A stretch of 64,000 bases of DNA from a virus, in the IMG/VR virus record IMGVR_UViG_3300032322_001069, positions 1 through 64,000 of that record. One strand, written 5' to 3'. Both the position numbers and the translations under genes were made by a program. Shown piece by piece: positions 48,779-58,185 of this stretch. The notes below the pieces were generated by a model. It made no database searches and was not told the origin of the DNA. It saw only the letters and a program-made list of their open reading frames with translations. Every line of letters starts with the position of its first letter. The stretch's first letter is position 1.

Positions 48779-49496
48779 TTACATTATCCTCAATAAGCTG
48801 AACAACACTCTCTTTAGGCACATTAATTATATTTGTGTTGTTGATCAATTTTTCCTTTTCGTTTACTGTAACATAACCACCAGTCGGTGTTCCTGTCAAG
48901 TAATATAGATTCACATCTGAATCTGTAATAACAATATTATTTTCATTTATAAACTCTACAGGAGAATCTGAATAATTTTGAGTTCCATAAATTAATATTG
49001 AGTTTGTTTGTTGCCATTGGCCGTTTATTTTTTTGAATACTGGTAAATTGCCAGTACCTAAAGTGCCAACCATCAATGCTTTGATCTTTTTAATCTCTAC
49101 ATCCTGATCTATGACATAAGCAAAATTAGTTGTTATGTCAAATCCAGCACTAAAGCCAGAAGTTGGTGTTCCAATAAGATCTCCAAACCCAAGAGTTGCA
49201 CTGAAATTTCCAAATATTGCAGTAAATTTTTCTAGACTATCCTCTATCTTTTTTGTTGGCGGTGGAAATTGTTCAAAGGGGTTTATAATGTCTGAAGTAT
49301 AAATTGGAGCAAAATAATAAGCAGGATCTTTGAATAATTCAATGGAAAGTTTATCCAGCAATAAATTATTGTCTATTCTTTTTCCATATAGATCAGAATT
49401 GTATTCGGCTAAATCATATTCTGAACCAAAATCCTTTACAGATCCGGTTGTACCATTAAAATTATAAGAAATTGTATTAAATTTTCCAAAAATCAT
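48765..49496 (-). CDS. gp53: Baseplate wedge component
   Basis: F.KFNTISY, LDKLS.ELF, DIINPFEQFP, NEKE...INVPK. Confidence 0.75.
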   Translation of the reverse strand: MIFGKFNTISYNFNGTTGSVKDFGSEYDLAEYNSDLYGKRIDNNLLLDKLSIELFKDPAYYFAPIYTSDIINPFEQFPPPTKKIEDSLEKFTAIFGNFSATLGFGDLIGTPTSGFSAGFDITTNFAYVIDQDVEIKKIKALMVGTLGTGNLPVFKKINGQWQQTNSILIYGTQNYSDSPVEFINENNIVITDSDVNLYYLTGTPTGGYVTVNEKEKLINNTNIINVPKESVVQLIEDNVNGSS

Positions 49497-50260
49497 GGTG
49501 GAATTATTCGAGAAATTTCAGATTTGCTATAAACAGCACCTTTGTAGGATGTTCCTGTTTCAAACTCTTTGAAAATTAAAGTCAGGGATGTTGCCATTGG
49601 AGCACCATCTTGGAAGAATCTAGATGTGTCTTCATCACCAAAAGGAATTTTATTAATTTCTACAGTAGCCAAAACACAAACTAAAGGATCGCCAAGCCAT
49701 AGAGTAGTTAATTGGGCGGGATTGCCTTGGCCAACGACTTGTAGTCTCCACAAGAACGGAGGAAGGACTCTTTCTGGTACATTCGTGGCTAAAGGATAGG
49801 AAGCAGTCCTAAAAGCCTCACATATATTCCCAATGGCAGTTGATTCGTTGAAGGTTTTTGGAACCATCAAATATTTCAACCTAAATTCTCTTCTTGCCTC
49901 GGAAGAAAGAGACATTTCAGTAATGTTTGAAAACATTTGCTGAGTTGTCGTTGAATTCATATTTTCAGCTATAACTGCTACAGGGTCTGCAAATGCTCTT
50001 TTCAATAATGCCGATGCCGAACCAGCATTGGCTTCTCCTGCCGCACTTAACATGGGGCCAACCGGATTTGGACCTTCATTAAACCCGTGCTGTGTGGATA
50101 TGTTTATGCCAAGGGGCAGAGGAAGAAGGATGTAGTCCAATCTTCTTTGTGAGATAGCTGTTCTGGTTCTATCAGCCGCCAATACGCTGTATTCAGCGGC
50201 CTCAAAAAGGACACCGTAAGGTATTTCTGCAACATCTTCTAGTGGAAATTGAAATGGCAT
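49493..50260 (-). CDS. gp48: Baseplate tail tube cap
   Basis: ILLPLP, REFRLKY.MVPK..ES, CVL, LTLIFKE.E. Confidence 0.8.
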   Translation of the reverse strand: MPFQFPLEDVAEIPYGVLFEAAEYSVLAADRTRTAISQRRLDYILLPLPLGINISTQHGFNEGPNPVGPMLSAAGEANAGSASALLKRAFADPVAVIAENMNSTTTQQMFSNITEMSLSSEARREFRLKYLMVPKTFNESTAIGNICEAFRTASYPLATNVPERVLPPFLWRLQVVGQGNPAQLTTLWLGDPLVCVLATVEINKIPFGDEDTSRFFQDGAPMATSLTLIFKEFETGTSYKGAVYSKSEISRIIPP

Positions 50261-50283
50261 TTTTGGTTCATACTATATATTCT

Positions 50284-50712
50284 ATGCCGTACAAAACAAA
50301 ATTTGTACCATCTAACAAAGATAAGTATGTCGGTAATTGTGAAAAAATACTATGCAAATCTTTATGGGAACGGAAACTTTGCAAGTATTTTGATAACACC
50401 GACAGCGTTATAAAATGGTGTTATGAGTGTATCAAAGTACCTTATATTTCGCCTGTAGATAAAAAGAAGCATCATTACTTTCCAGATTTTTTAGTCATGC
50501 TAAAAGATAAAAATAATAGTGTCAAGACTATGATGGTGGAAGTAAAACCGGAAAAACAAACCAAGCAGCCTACCAACCCCAAAAGAAAATCTTATAAAAA
50601 TGAAGTGGTTACTTTCGTAATAAATGAAGCAAAATGGACTGCGGCAAAATCTGTTTGCGAAAACAACGAATGGGAATTTAAACTCTTAACAGAAAAGAAC
50701 CTCTTCAAATGA
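50284..50712 (+). CDS. gp4: Head completion nuclease
   Basis: KYVGN, SLWER, PYISPVD..H.YFPDF, EVKP, NEAKW; ATG 50284. Confidence 0.95.
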   Translation: MPYKTKFVPSNKDKYVGNCEKILCKSLWERKLCKYFDNTDSVIKWCYECIKVPYISPVDKKKHHYFPDFLVMLKDKNNSVKTMMVEVKPEKQTKQPTNPKRKSYKNEVVTFVINEAKWTAAKSVCENNEWEFKLLTEKNLFK

Positions 50713-51257
50713 ATTCAATAGAAGATATCAAAAGAATTATTAATCAGGCTGGCGGTTTACAGAGAACAAATCGATTTAATGTAAATCTATATTCGCCTAC
50801 AGAATCAACAAATAGCATTCCTGCACAAAAAGTAGTTTTTGGTGGAAGAGAAATACAGGCAATTTCTGATAAACTTCCTGGTCCAGGATTAGGTAGATTA
50901 ATTCCAATAAACATCGGATATGGTGGTAGAGATCCATCTTTGCAAATAACCTTTCCAGTAGAACAAGACTGGAAAACATATAAGATGATTGAGCTTTGGA
51001 TGAATACTTTAGCAAACGATGGTAGCAATCCTGCATTTTTCTACGGATTTAGCTTTGCTCGTCCATATGCATTGTATGCTAAAAATGGTGGAGCAGAAGT
51101 ACAATGTTTAGATACAAACGGTTCGATTAAAGCTACATTTAGATTTAGAGAAGTGTATCCTATAAGAATAATCCCCATAGAAATGGATGCATCTATCTCC
51201 AATTCATTTTTAACTTATGATGTTATTTTTAACTTTAGATCTTATCATGTTTATTGA
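50709..51257 (+). CDS. gp54: Baseplate tail tube initiator (gp54-like)
   Basis: GGLQRTNRF, ELWMN, EVYP, VIFNFR; tube fold. Confidence 0.75.
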   Translation: MNSIEDIKRIINQAGGLQRTNRFNVNLYSPTESTNSIPAQKVVFGGREIQAISDKLPGPGLGRLIPINIGYGGRDPSLQITFPVEQDWKTYKMIELWMNTLANDGSNPAFFYGFSFARPYALYAKNGGAEVQCLDTNGSIKATFRFREVYPIRIIPIEMDASISNSFLTYDVIFNFRSYHVY

Positions 51258-51266
51258 AAAATTATT

Positions 51267-51956
51267 ATGAAAAATTTAACTAGAAATTTACCAAAATATT
51301 CGTGTATTCGTCCAAGCACCGGAAAAGAAACAAAGTTTCGCCCCTTCCTAGTATCAGACGAAAAAACTCTACTGCTTATAAAGCAGGAGCAGAATCCTAG
51401 AATGATAATTCAAAATGTCGTTGAATTATTATCTTCTTGCTTTGATGATCTTGATGTAGATTCAATGACATTACAGGATGTTGAATTCTTGTTCTGTAAT
51501 TTAAGAAGTAAGTCTGTTGGAGAATTGGTTAAAACTAATTTTACCTGTCCAGTGACTTCTGAAAAAATTAAAACTGATTTGGATCTTTCACAGCTAAATG
51601 CATCAAAATCAAATACAACTTTTGAGCTAGCATTGGATACTAATTACAAAATAATATTCAAAGAGCCGAATCTAAGAAAAATATTTTCAGTGGAAGGGAA
51701 CTTTGATATTGATCATCTAATTAAATCTTGTATTGATAAAGTATGTAAAGATGATGTTGTTTACGAGTTTTCTGATTTATCAAATCAAGAAATGTGTGAA
51801 ATTTTAAAGAACTTTACTACCAAAGAATATGAACAAGTAAAAACCTTTGTAGTTAATTTACCAAAAACATTTGCTGTTGTGTCATACACAACAAATGATG
51901 GTGTAGCAAGAAAAATGAGATTGGATGGGGTACTCAATTTTTTTACATTTGCATGA
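51267..51956 (+). CDS. gp26: Baseplate hub assembly protein
   Basis: LPKY, PSTG, FRPFLV.DEK.LL, DVEFLF..LRSKSVGE, G..NFF. Confidence 0.9.
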   Translation: MKNLTRNLPKYSCIRPSTGKETKFRPFLVSDEKTLLLIKQEQNPRMIIQNVVELLSSCFDDLDVDSMTLQDVEFLFCNLRSKSVGELVKTNFTCPVTSEKIKTDLDLSQLNASKSNTTFELALDTNYKIIFKEPNLRKIFSVEGNFDIDHLIKSCIDKVCKDDVVYEFSDLSNQEMCEILKNFTTKEYEQVKTFVVNLPKTFAVVSYTTNDGVARKMRLDGVLNFFTFA

Positions 51957-52117
51957 ATCATATTGACTTGATGATTTTTTATAAAATTTCTTATTTCTTA
52001 GCATCAAGCAATGTACTAAGTGTGACGGAAGTAGAAAATTGTATTCCTTGGGAAAGAGAAATATATTTTAATCAACACAAGAGTAAACTAGAAGAGGAAA
52101 AATCTAAGAATGGCTGA
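51953..52117 (+). CDS. gp51: Baseplate hub assembly catalyst (54 aa, absent from the ORF track)
   Basis: MNHIDLMIFYK...EVENCIPWEREIY; ATGA overlap with gp26. Confidence 0.9.
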   Translation: MNHIDLMIFYKISYFLASSNVLSVTEVENCIPWEREIYFNQHKSKLEEEKSKNG

Positions 52118-52817
52118 AACAGATATTTTATCCTTTCCGAGCGAAATACCAACACCAAATTCTGGTTCAAATTCTTTATTTGATTTCGGCAATACTCCCA
52201 ATCTTAATATGGGAAATTATTCTGGAATGATACCAGAAAATAATACTCTTGGTCAGTTTAATTTTGATACTGGTTCCAATATGTTCCCGGAAGAAATGCC
52301 AGTTTATGATCCGGGACTAGAACCTGACGGACAAATGCCATTCTCACCAACAGAACCTGGATTAGGAGAACAGATGTTCCCCGGTGATATGATGCCTGCG
52401 GACATTCCTCCTATGTTCGAACCCACAATGCCAGGATTGGGTGAGCAAATGTTTCCTGAAGATATTCCACAAGAAATGGAAAACGAAATTCCATTTGAAA
52501 TGCAGGATACATCAGAAATTCAACAGAATGAATATGAAAGAGATACACTACTGAATCTTCTTGAATCGGCTCAGGGCCTTGATCAAGATACAAGAAATGT
52601 AGTTCAACAGAAAATTCAATCTTTAAATACAGAAATACAGCAGCAAAAACAAAGAGTTGATATGTTAATGTCCAGAAAAGGTGCTGTTGTAAATCCTGGA
52701 TTTTCCTCTACTATGAATCCACAAAGAGTAGTAAATGCTTCTTCTGGCTATGAAGAAGATTTAAGAGAGTTTTTTATGGAAATAAAAAACCCTCCGGTGT
52801 GGAGGGTTTTAGGCTGA
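52110..52817 (+). CDS. Acidic Pro/Met-rich repeat protein at the tape-measure (gp29) position
   Basis: PT.PGLGEQMFP repeated; C-terminal coiled coil; follows gp26-gp51. Confidence 0.65.
   Translation: MAETDILSFPSEIPTPNSGSNSLFDFGNTPNLNMGNYSGMIPENNTLGQFNFDTGSNMFPEEMPVYDPGLEPDGQMPFSPTEPGLGEQMFPGDMMPADIPPMFEPTMPGLGEQMFPEDIPQEMENEIPFEMQDTSEIQQNEYERDTLLNLLESAQGLDQDTRNVVQQKIQSLNTEIQQQKQRVDMLMSRKGAVVNPGFSSTMNPQRVVNASSGYEEDLREFFMEIKNPPVWRVLG
52784..52810. terminator. Bidirectional terminator between convergent units
   Basis: AAAACCCTCC-GGTGT-GGAGGGTTTT with A and T tails. Confidence 0.85.
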
Positions 52818-52825
52818 GGAAGGTA

Positions 52826-53698
52826 TTAGTCTTCCTTGGCTAGTCGCTTGAAGTACTCAAGCGCATCTTCGTCCTCGTCAGGCTTGGGGGCCTTACGAGC
52901 AGGAGCAGCCTCAACTTCGTCCTCATCTTCCGCTCTCTTTGCGGCAGGGGCAACGCTGCGAATGTCGCCACCGAGAACATCATTGAGCTTCTTCTTGAGT
53001 TCGTCATACGACTTGAACTCAGTCGGAGCAACAAAGTCCTGAAGCTTGTAAAGAGTCTTCCAGAGCTTTTCTAGCTTCTCATCATCACCCTTATAGAGTT
53101 CGCTAGGACCGTCAAACTCAGACTTGTCGTAGTTGGTGTAACCAGCAACCTTACGGATCTTTAGCTTGAAGTTAGCACCCTTCCAGAAGTCGAATGGATT
53201 GATGGCTTCCTCATCCTTGAACTGAGGCTGCATGGCCTCCTGGACCTTCTGGAAGATCTTGGTCCCGTACTTGAAGAGGAACACCTTGCCTTCGTTCTGG
53301 GGGTTGGATGGGTCGCTAACGACGAGAATATTGCTGATGTAGGTCAGCTTACGCTTACGGGTACGAGCAAGATCCTTATCCTTCTCGACTCCGCTATTCC
53401 AGAGTTCACTGTTGGCTTCGCAGATCGGACACTTCTGACCGATGGTGGTTGGGCAGTTATCGATCAGCCAGCCACCCTTGCCCTGAAAGCCGTGTGAGTA
53501 AACCTTGGCCCACGGAACATCTTCGCCTTCACAGGCAGGCAGGAAACGAATGACGGCATAGCCATTGCCAGCCTTATCAACTTCCGGTCGCCAGAACCGA
53601 TCATCCTTGTAATCGGCAGTCTTGTTTAGGTCTTCGATCTTCTTGGTTAGATCTTCAATGCTTGACTTCGAACGCTTCTTAAAATCGCTAAATGACAT
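52826..53698 (-). CDS. gp32: Single-stranded DNA-binding protein
   Basis: DKAGNGYAVIRFLP, NCPTT...CPIC, PFDFWKGANFKLK, YF..LA. Confidence 0.98.
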   Translation of the reverse strand: MSFSDFKKRSKSSIEDLTKKIEDLNKTADYKDDRFWRPEVDKAGNGYAVIRFLPACEGEDVPWAKVYSHGFQGKGGWLIDNCPTTIGQKCPICEANSELWNSGVEKDKDLARTRKRKLTYISNILVVSDPSNPQNEGKVFLFKYGTKIFQKVQEAMQPQFKDEEAINPFDFWKGANFKLKIRKVAGYTNYDKSEFDGPSELYKGDDEKLEKLWKTLYKLQDFVAPTEFKSYDELKKKLNDVLGGDIRSVAPAAKRAEDEDEVEAAPARKAPKPDEDEDALEYFKRLAKED

Positions 53699-53744
53699 AT
53701 AGTCTCCTTATATTAACCCAAGGAACTCCCTTGGCCGATGGTGT

Positions 53745-53772
53745 AGTATACCAAAGATTGGTGTTTAGTCAA
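53745..53772 (-). promoter_or_regulatory. Sigma70-like promoter of gp32
   Basis: TTGACT-N16-TATACT with extended -10 (TGG). Confidence 0.75.
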
Positions 53773-53993
53773 AAAGGAAGTTTGGCCTTTTTGGGTAATA
53801 GATGCAGATCTCTACCCTCTTCGACTAGTTTTTCGATTATTGGTTTTGTAAGTAATTTTGCGGCTCCTTCTGGTTCAATCTCATAATCTCCGCAAAATTT
53901 TAAAATTGCATCCATATATGTGCAATTTGTTTTTGAAACATGTTCTATTATTAGTCGTGAAAATTCGTTTTTGAAAGTTGGTTCTATAAGCAT
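53769..53993 (-). CDS. gp33: Late transcription coactivator
   Basis: YMDAIL.FC....IEPE..AKLL...I.EKL..E. Confidence 0.9.
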   Translation of the reverse strand: MLIEPTFKNEFSRLIIEHVSKTNCTYMDAILKFCGDYEIEPEGAAKLLTKPIIEKLVEEGRDLHLLPKKAKLPF

Positions 53994-54031
53994 AATGAAT
54001 ACCCTATATAGTAGTGTAATTTGGAGAAAAA

Positions 54032-55087
54032 ATGCCTGATAATACTGATCCCAATTTGAATGTAGGTATCGCTGGTGGTCTTACCGCAACTATTGCAACT
54101 GATTTTGTTGTTGATGTTTATGGTGCTACCGCTCATGTTCAATTAAGTAAAATGGTATTTGGTGGAACTTCAGATGCCACCAGAATCACATCGACCAGTC
54201 CATTACCAGTCTATGTGTCCTCTACTGGAGTCACCTTAAATACCAGAGCCACTATTTCAGGGGGTGGTACTGCGGGATCAGTACAGGTAGTGAATTATAG
54301 CACATCTTCACTAAAAGTAAATGGTTCTGGTCTTAATAGTGCAGTTATTACACAAGACCAAGCTGGTAATACTCTTCTAACAAATATTTACACCGATACC
54401 CAGGCATTTATTTCAAATTTTGGTAGCGGTGGTTATACCATAAAAACAATAGGGGTTGGTCCTACCGGAGCTACTAGCGGGTCTTATGTAAGATTATTCG
54501 ATCCAACAACAAATTTAATTGCTGGTGTTTCAAATGGTGGTGGTAGTCCTGCTCTCATGGTCCAGGTACTTGGTGCGCCAATTACCTTGACAGCCAATGT
54601 AAATCCTTCGGTTGGAATTTTTAACAGCGCAACTGGACCAGTGTATATTCAGGGTTCTACTGGTTCTCCAGTGAGTATAACCGGAGTAACACTAGAATCT
54701 CTTCTTACTACAATAAACCAATCTGGTAATTCTGGGGCAACATTTACCTCAAGAATTCCTCAAATCGAAACATTACTAACAAATGGAACTGCAAAGGTAA
54801 CTGTTAATTCAGAAACTCTACCTTCGACCATTCTTACCGGATTATTCACAGCCACCACTTCGGCTACAGGAATTTATCCTTCTGGATTTACTTGCAGCAA
54901 AGGAGTAAATCTAAAATCATATCCAACAAATACACAATACATCTTTGTTGGAGAAAGCGGTTTTACATATGGATATCCTCTAAACAGCGGACAGGAAATA
55001 TTCCTTGAAGTATCCAATGTAAACAAAATCTTCGCCAAGAGCGGTGGCGGAAGCACAGGACAGGCACTTTACTTTATAGCAAGATAA
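54032..55087 (+). CDS. Gly/Thr/Ser-rich virion structural protein
   Basis: IATD, HVQLSKMVFG, PLPV; C-terminal GVNLKS..NT..IFVG..GYPL..GQEIFLEV. Confidence 0.7.
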   Translation: MPDNTDPNLNVGIAGGLTATIATDFVVDVYGATAHVQLSKMVFGGTSDATRITSTSPLPVYVSSTGVTLNTRATISGGGTAGSVQVVNYSTSSLKVNGSGLNSAVITQDQAGNTLLTNIYTDTQAFISNFGSGGYTIKTIGVGPTGATSGSYVRLFDPTTNLIAGVSNGGGSPALMVQVLGAPITLTANVNPSVGIFNSATGPVYIQGSTGSPVSITGVTLESLLTTINQSGNSGATFTSRIPQIETLLTNGTAKVTVNSETLPSTILTGLFTATTSATGIYPSGFTCSKGVNLKSYPTNTQYIFVGESGFTYGYPLNSGQEIFLEVSNVNKIFAKSGGGSTGQALYFIAR

Positions 55088-55088
55088 A

Positions 55089-56393
55089 ATGAGCATTGAA
55101 AGTGATATTGTAGAAGTAAAATCCATAGCTTCCTATGGAATCAAAATTGTGAATTCTTATTCAGATTTTGATTTGATTGGAAAGAAACTCAATTCCAGTC
55201 CACTAGTTTATTACTACAATACATTTGGCAATGCAATATTTGATTATTCGAATACAACAGATCAAGATGATCTAGATCTATTAGAAATATTCCTTCAAGG
55301 AATTACTAACGGAAATACGTTTACAGTTACAAATGGTTACTATGTAAAAGATCAGGACGGTATAACATCAAACATCAATGGTGTGTATCAGTTCAACGGA
55401 GCTACAGGAAACAATCTATTACTAACAACAGTAATCTCCGCTACTGGAATAAACAGTGCTGAATTTAGATACGAAAGAGATTTCTTTGTCGATCCACCTC
55501 AGTTGGATCTAAATTCTGGATTCACTGGGGATATCGCTTACATAATCACTTCTGTAACAAATCCGGGTGCAATACAGAATCTAGGTTTGTATGAAGATGA
55601 CCTAGTTGAAATTTCATATGCTGGTAATACAGCAAATATTGACAGATATTCGGTAGAAAAAGTTGAGACTTCTACAGACGGAACTGAACTTATTTTTGTA
55701 AAAGAACCATTGGTATCTAACAATAGAATCGGATCGGCAACAACAATTGTTGTTTATAACAGAGGTACGGCTACAGAAGAATATCTGAATAAGAGTAGAG
55801 TACTAAATGGAGCTGCAAGAACATATGATTCCGAAGGCACTCTATTAGAATGCTTTGAATATCAGAATGAACTTCAAGGATATCTAAGAAGATTCCGATA
55901 TTCTGATTCTGAAACCACCAGCGTATGGGGATATGGAACAGATTGTAGCGGTGTTGCAACAAACCCAGATGCGGCTGGCAGCGGAGCACTATACGATACA
56001 TTCGTATCGGTTAAAGTAAGCACCAACGGATTCATAATAAATGGCCAAGTCAGACCAGCAATAACTTTGACTCCAAATGTAACATACTTGTTCTATCAGG
56101 GACATATCAGTAACTACAATAGCATTCTTCCCCATCAAATGGTATTTACTAGAAATAGAGGCAATGTTTCTTCTTCTAGTTTATTGACTGATATTTACAG
56201 TATAAATGGTACTCCAGGAAATTCAGATTCTTATGTGTTGGTAAAACCAACATCACAGACACCAGGAGTATTTTATTACGAGTCTCTAAATCACCCTAAT
56301 ATGGGGGGTGTGATTTATGTCGCAACTACTTTAAATTTGACTAACTTTGCTGCTACTACATCAATCAATCGCAGCGGAAGTCTATACCTTTAA
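55089..56393 (+). CDS. Virion structural protein with C-terminal cupredoxin-like domain
   Basis: ING..RP.ITL...TYLF...H...TP..FYYESLNHPNMGG.I.V. Confidence 0.7.
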   Translation: MSIESDIVEVKSIASYGIKIVNSYSDFDLIGKKLNSSPLVYYYNTFGNAIFDYSNTTDQDDLDLLEIFLQGITNGNTFTVTNGYYVKDQDGITSNINGVYQFNGATGNNLLLTTVISATGINSAEFRYERDFFVDPPQLDLNSGFTGDIAYIITSVTNPGAIQNLGLYEDDLVEISYAGNTANIDRYSVEKVETSTDGTELIFVKEPLVSNNRIGSATTIVVYNRGTATEEYLNKSRVLNGAARTYDSEGTLLECFEYQNELQGYLRRFRYSDSETTSVWGYGTDCSGVATNPDAAGSGALYDTFVSVKVSTNGFIINGQVRPAITLTPNVTYLFYQGHISNYNSILPHQMVFTRNRGNVSSSSLLTDIYSINGTPGNSDSYVLVKPTSQTPGVFYYESLNHPNMGGVIYVATTLNLTNFAATTSINRSGSLYL

Positions 56394-57104
56394 TCAAATT
56401 GATAATTTTTTATCGGTCATTGTAATAATAAATTTACGAATCTTATCGATATATCCGCGATTTCTCAATTCCTTAAATACTAGATTGTCCTGAGTAAATT
56501 CACCACTCTTTGCTATGGAATGTTTTCTTAGTTTTTGGAATTTTTCCAACAATTTCTCTGCTGCTTTTGTATCAGTAGTATTCTCCAAAGCATGATCGAT
56601 TTGATAAATCGCATCATCTATTTTTTTCTTTAAAAGATCATCGTGCTCAAAATCAAGTTCAAGATTTTCTGGCTTAACTACCCATTTGCCAGTCTTTAAA
56701 GAATAGACTCCTTGATTCTTAGGAATATTCACCTCTCCTAATTGAGCATATACTTCTACCTCAGCTCCATATACTGAGATATCGTGAGTCAAAGACCAAA
56801 TTAACTTTTTATCCTTGAAGTATTCTTCGTCTGAACAATTTGGTATCTTCGATTTGTCTAGAATGATATGGACATCTATATCAGAATCTTCGGTATAATT
56901 ATAATTTGCATTTCCGCCAGTAAAGACTACATCCTTTACTGCCGAATTTGGTATTTCCGCAAATTTTAGCCATTCTTTGGCAATCTCAAGAAGTTTCTTA
57001 CGAACTTCTTCCTTCAAAAAAATATTTACCCAGAACTTTGGATTAAGATCCGAGTGATACTGAAGGGTCAGTGCCTCCAATAAAAATTTTCTAGGATTCA
57101 GCAT
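56394..57104 (-). CDS. Pol-beta superfamily nucleotidyltransferase
   Basis: FTGGNANYNY..SDIDVH, EVEVY, GVYSL, GEF...NLVFK.LRN. Confidence 0.85.
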   Translation of the reverse strand: MLNPRKFLLEALTLQYHSDLNPKFWVNIFLKEEVRKKLLEIAKEWLKFAEIPNSAVKDVVFTGGNANYNYTEDSDIDVHIILDKSKIPNCSDEEYFKDKKLIWSLTHDISVYGAEVEVYAQLGEVNIPKNQGVYSLKTGKWVVKPENLELDFEHDDLLKKKIDDAIYQIDHALENTTDTKAAEKLLEKFQKLRKHSIAKSGEFTQDNLVFKELRNRGYIDKIRKFIITMTDKKLSI

Positions 57105-57108
57105 ATAC

Positions 57109-57125
57109 TATGTAGATTATAAATA
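57109..57125. promoter_or_regulatory. Back-to-back late promoters
   Basis: CTACATA (- strand, 57109-57115) and TATAAATA (+ strand, 57118-57125). Confidence 0.7.
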
Positions 57126-57140
57126 TAAAGAGGTCAAATA

Positions 57141-57413
57141 ATGAATCATACGCCAATAAGAGCAATAACTGTAAATCAAGGTGCAGCAGCAACCACAATT
57201 TCTGATAAACATAGAGCAGTAATTGTTTCTAATACTGGAACTGGTACAAGCGAAATAACTTTAAAATTTTTAAATATAAATGGCGCAGACACTGGTAATT
57301 TTGTCATAAGATTAGTCGCCAATTCTGGTCCATTTTATATTCCTTGTAGGGTAACTTCAATTTCTGTTACCGCATCTGTTACTGCTGGTGCAACTATACT
57401 CCTCTTAGCATAA
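57141..57413 (+). CDS. Small beta-rich virion protein
   Basis: Late promoter and GAGG SD; Thr/Ala/Val-rich. Confidence 0.7.
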   Translation: MNHTPIRAITVNQGAAATTISDKHRAVIVSNTGTGTSEITLKFLNINGADTGNFVIRLVANSGPFYIPCRVTSISVTASVTAGATILLLA

Positions 57414-57823
57414 TGATTTTAAACAATCAAAATATAATGATATATGGATCAGACGAAGAAAAAAGTCTGAATGTTATTGGAATTACTAATGGATTGTTTA
57501 CAGTCCCTGATGGGGAAACCTACACATTTCATGTAGATTTATCGGATATAAAACATAAAAAAATATTATTTTCAGTAGTCCCTGCTTCGGAGGGTTCATT
57601 TACATCAGCTTCTACTATAAATTTTAGTAGAATAACTTTAAATTTAAATGAAAATCAATTTACGCATAATATGTTTGATAATCTTACTAGTGCTTCTGTT
57701 GCTAGACAACCTCTTTTAGAATATATTCCCTCAAATTGTAGAGGGATAACTATGAGCGTTTCTTGCGTACTTGGAGAAGGTCCATTTGAAGATGTAGCAT
57801 ATTATATTGCATTCATTGCATGA
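57413..57823 (+). CDS. Hypothetical protein
   Basis: TAATG-coupled ORF. Confidence 0.65.
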   Translation: MILNNQNIMIYGSDEEKSLNVIGITNGLFTVPDGETYTFHVDLSDIKHKKILFSVVPASEGSFTSASTINFSRITLNLNENQFTHNMFDNLTSASVARQPLLEYIPSNCRGITMSVSCVLGEGPFEDVAYYIAFIA

Positions 57824-57851
57824 AAAAACCCCCTGCTGGAGCAGAGGGTTT
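57823..57851. terminator. Terminator between convergent units
   Basis: AAACCCcCTGCT-GG-AGCAGaGGGTTT hairpin with A-tract (U-tract on the minus strand). Confidence 0.7.
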
Positions 57852-57873
57852 GAAAACTAACTATTCAGTTGTA

Positions 57874-58185
57874 TTAGATACGATTCTTCGCCTTTGTGCA
57901 GCTATTTGAGCACTGCTCAAGGCGAGTGTGAAGTTCATCCACATTTCGCCACATATCATTTCGGACGCTGTGGATTTCATTATTGAAAGTCACATTGTCA
58001 AACTCCTTTTGGAGTTGGCAAATGTGCTTCTGAAGAGCACGAATTTCACAAACAAGCAGGAAGACCGTCAGGCCAACAAATGACCAAACCAGAGGGGCCT
58101 TTGCATTATCAAGATGCAGAAGCAGAGCACCGAACGCAGTAAACACAGCAAGCCAACGCAAACCAAAAATATTAGAATTAATCAT
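57874..58185 (-). CDS. Two-TM membrane protein with coiled coil
   Basis: Two hydrophobic segments; AGGAG SD. Confidence 0.7.
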   Translation of the reverse strand: MINSNIFGLRWLAVFTAFGALLLHLDNAKAPLVWSFVGLTVFLLVCEIRALQKHICQLQKEFDNVTFNNEIHSVRNDMWRNVDELHTRLEQCSNSCTKAKNRI

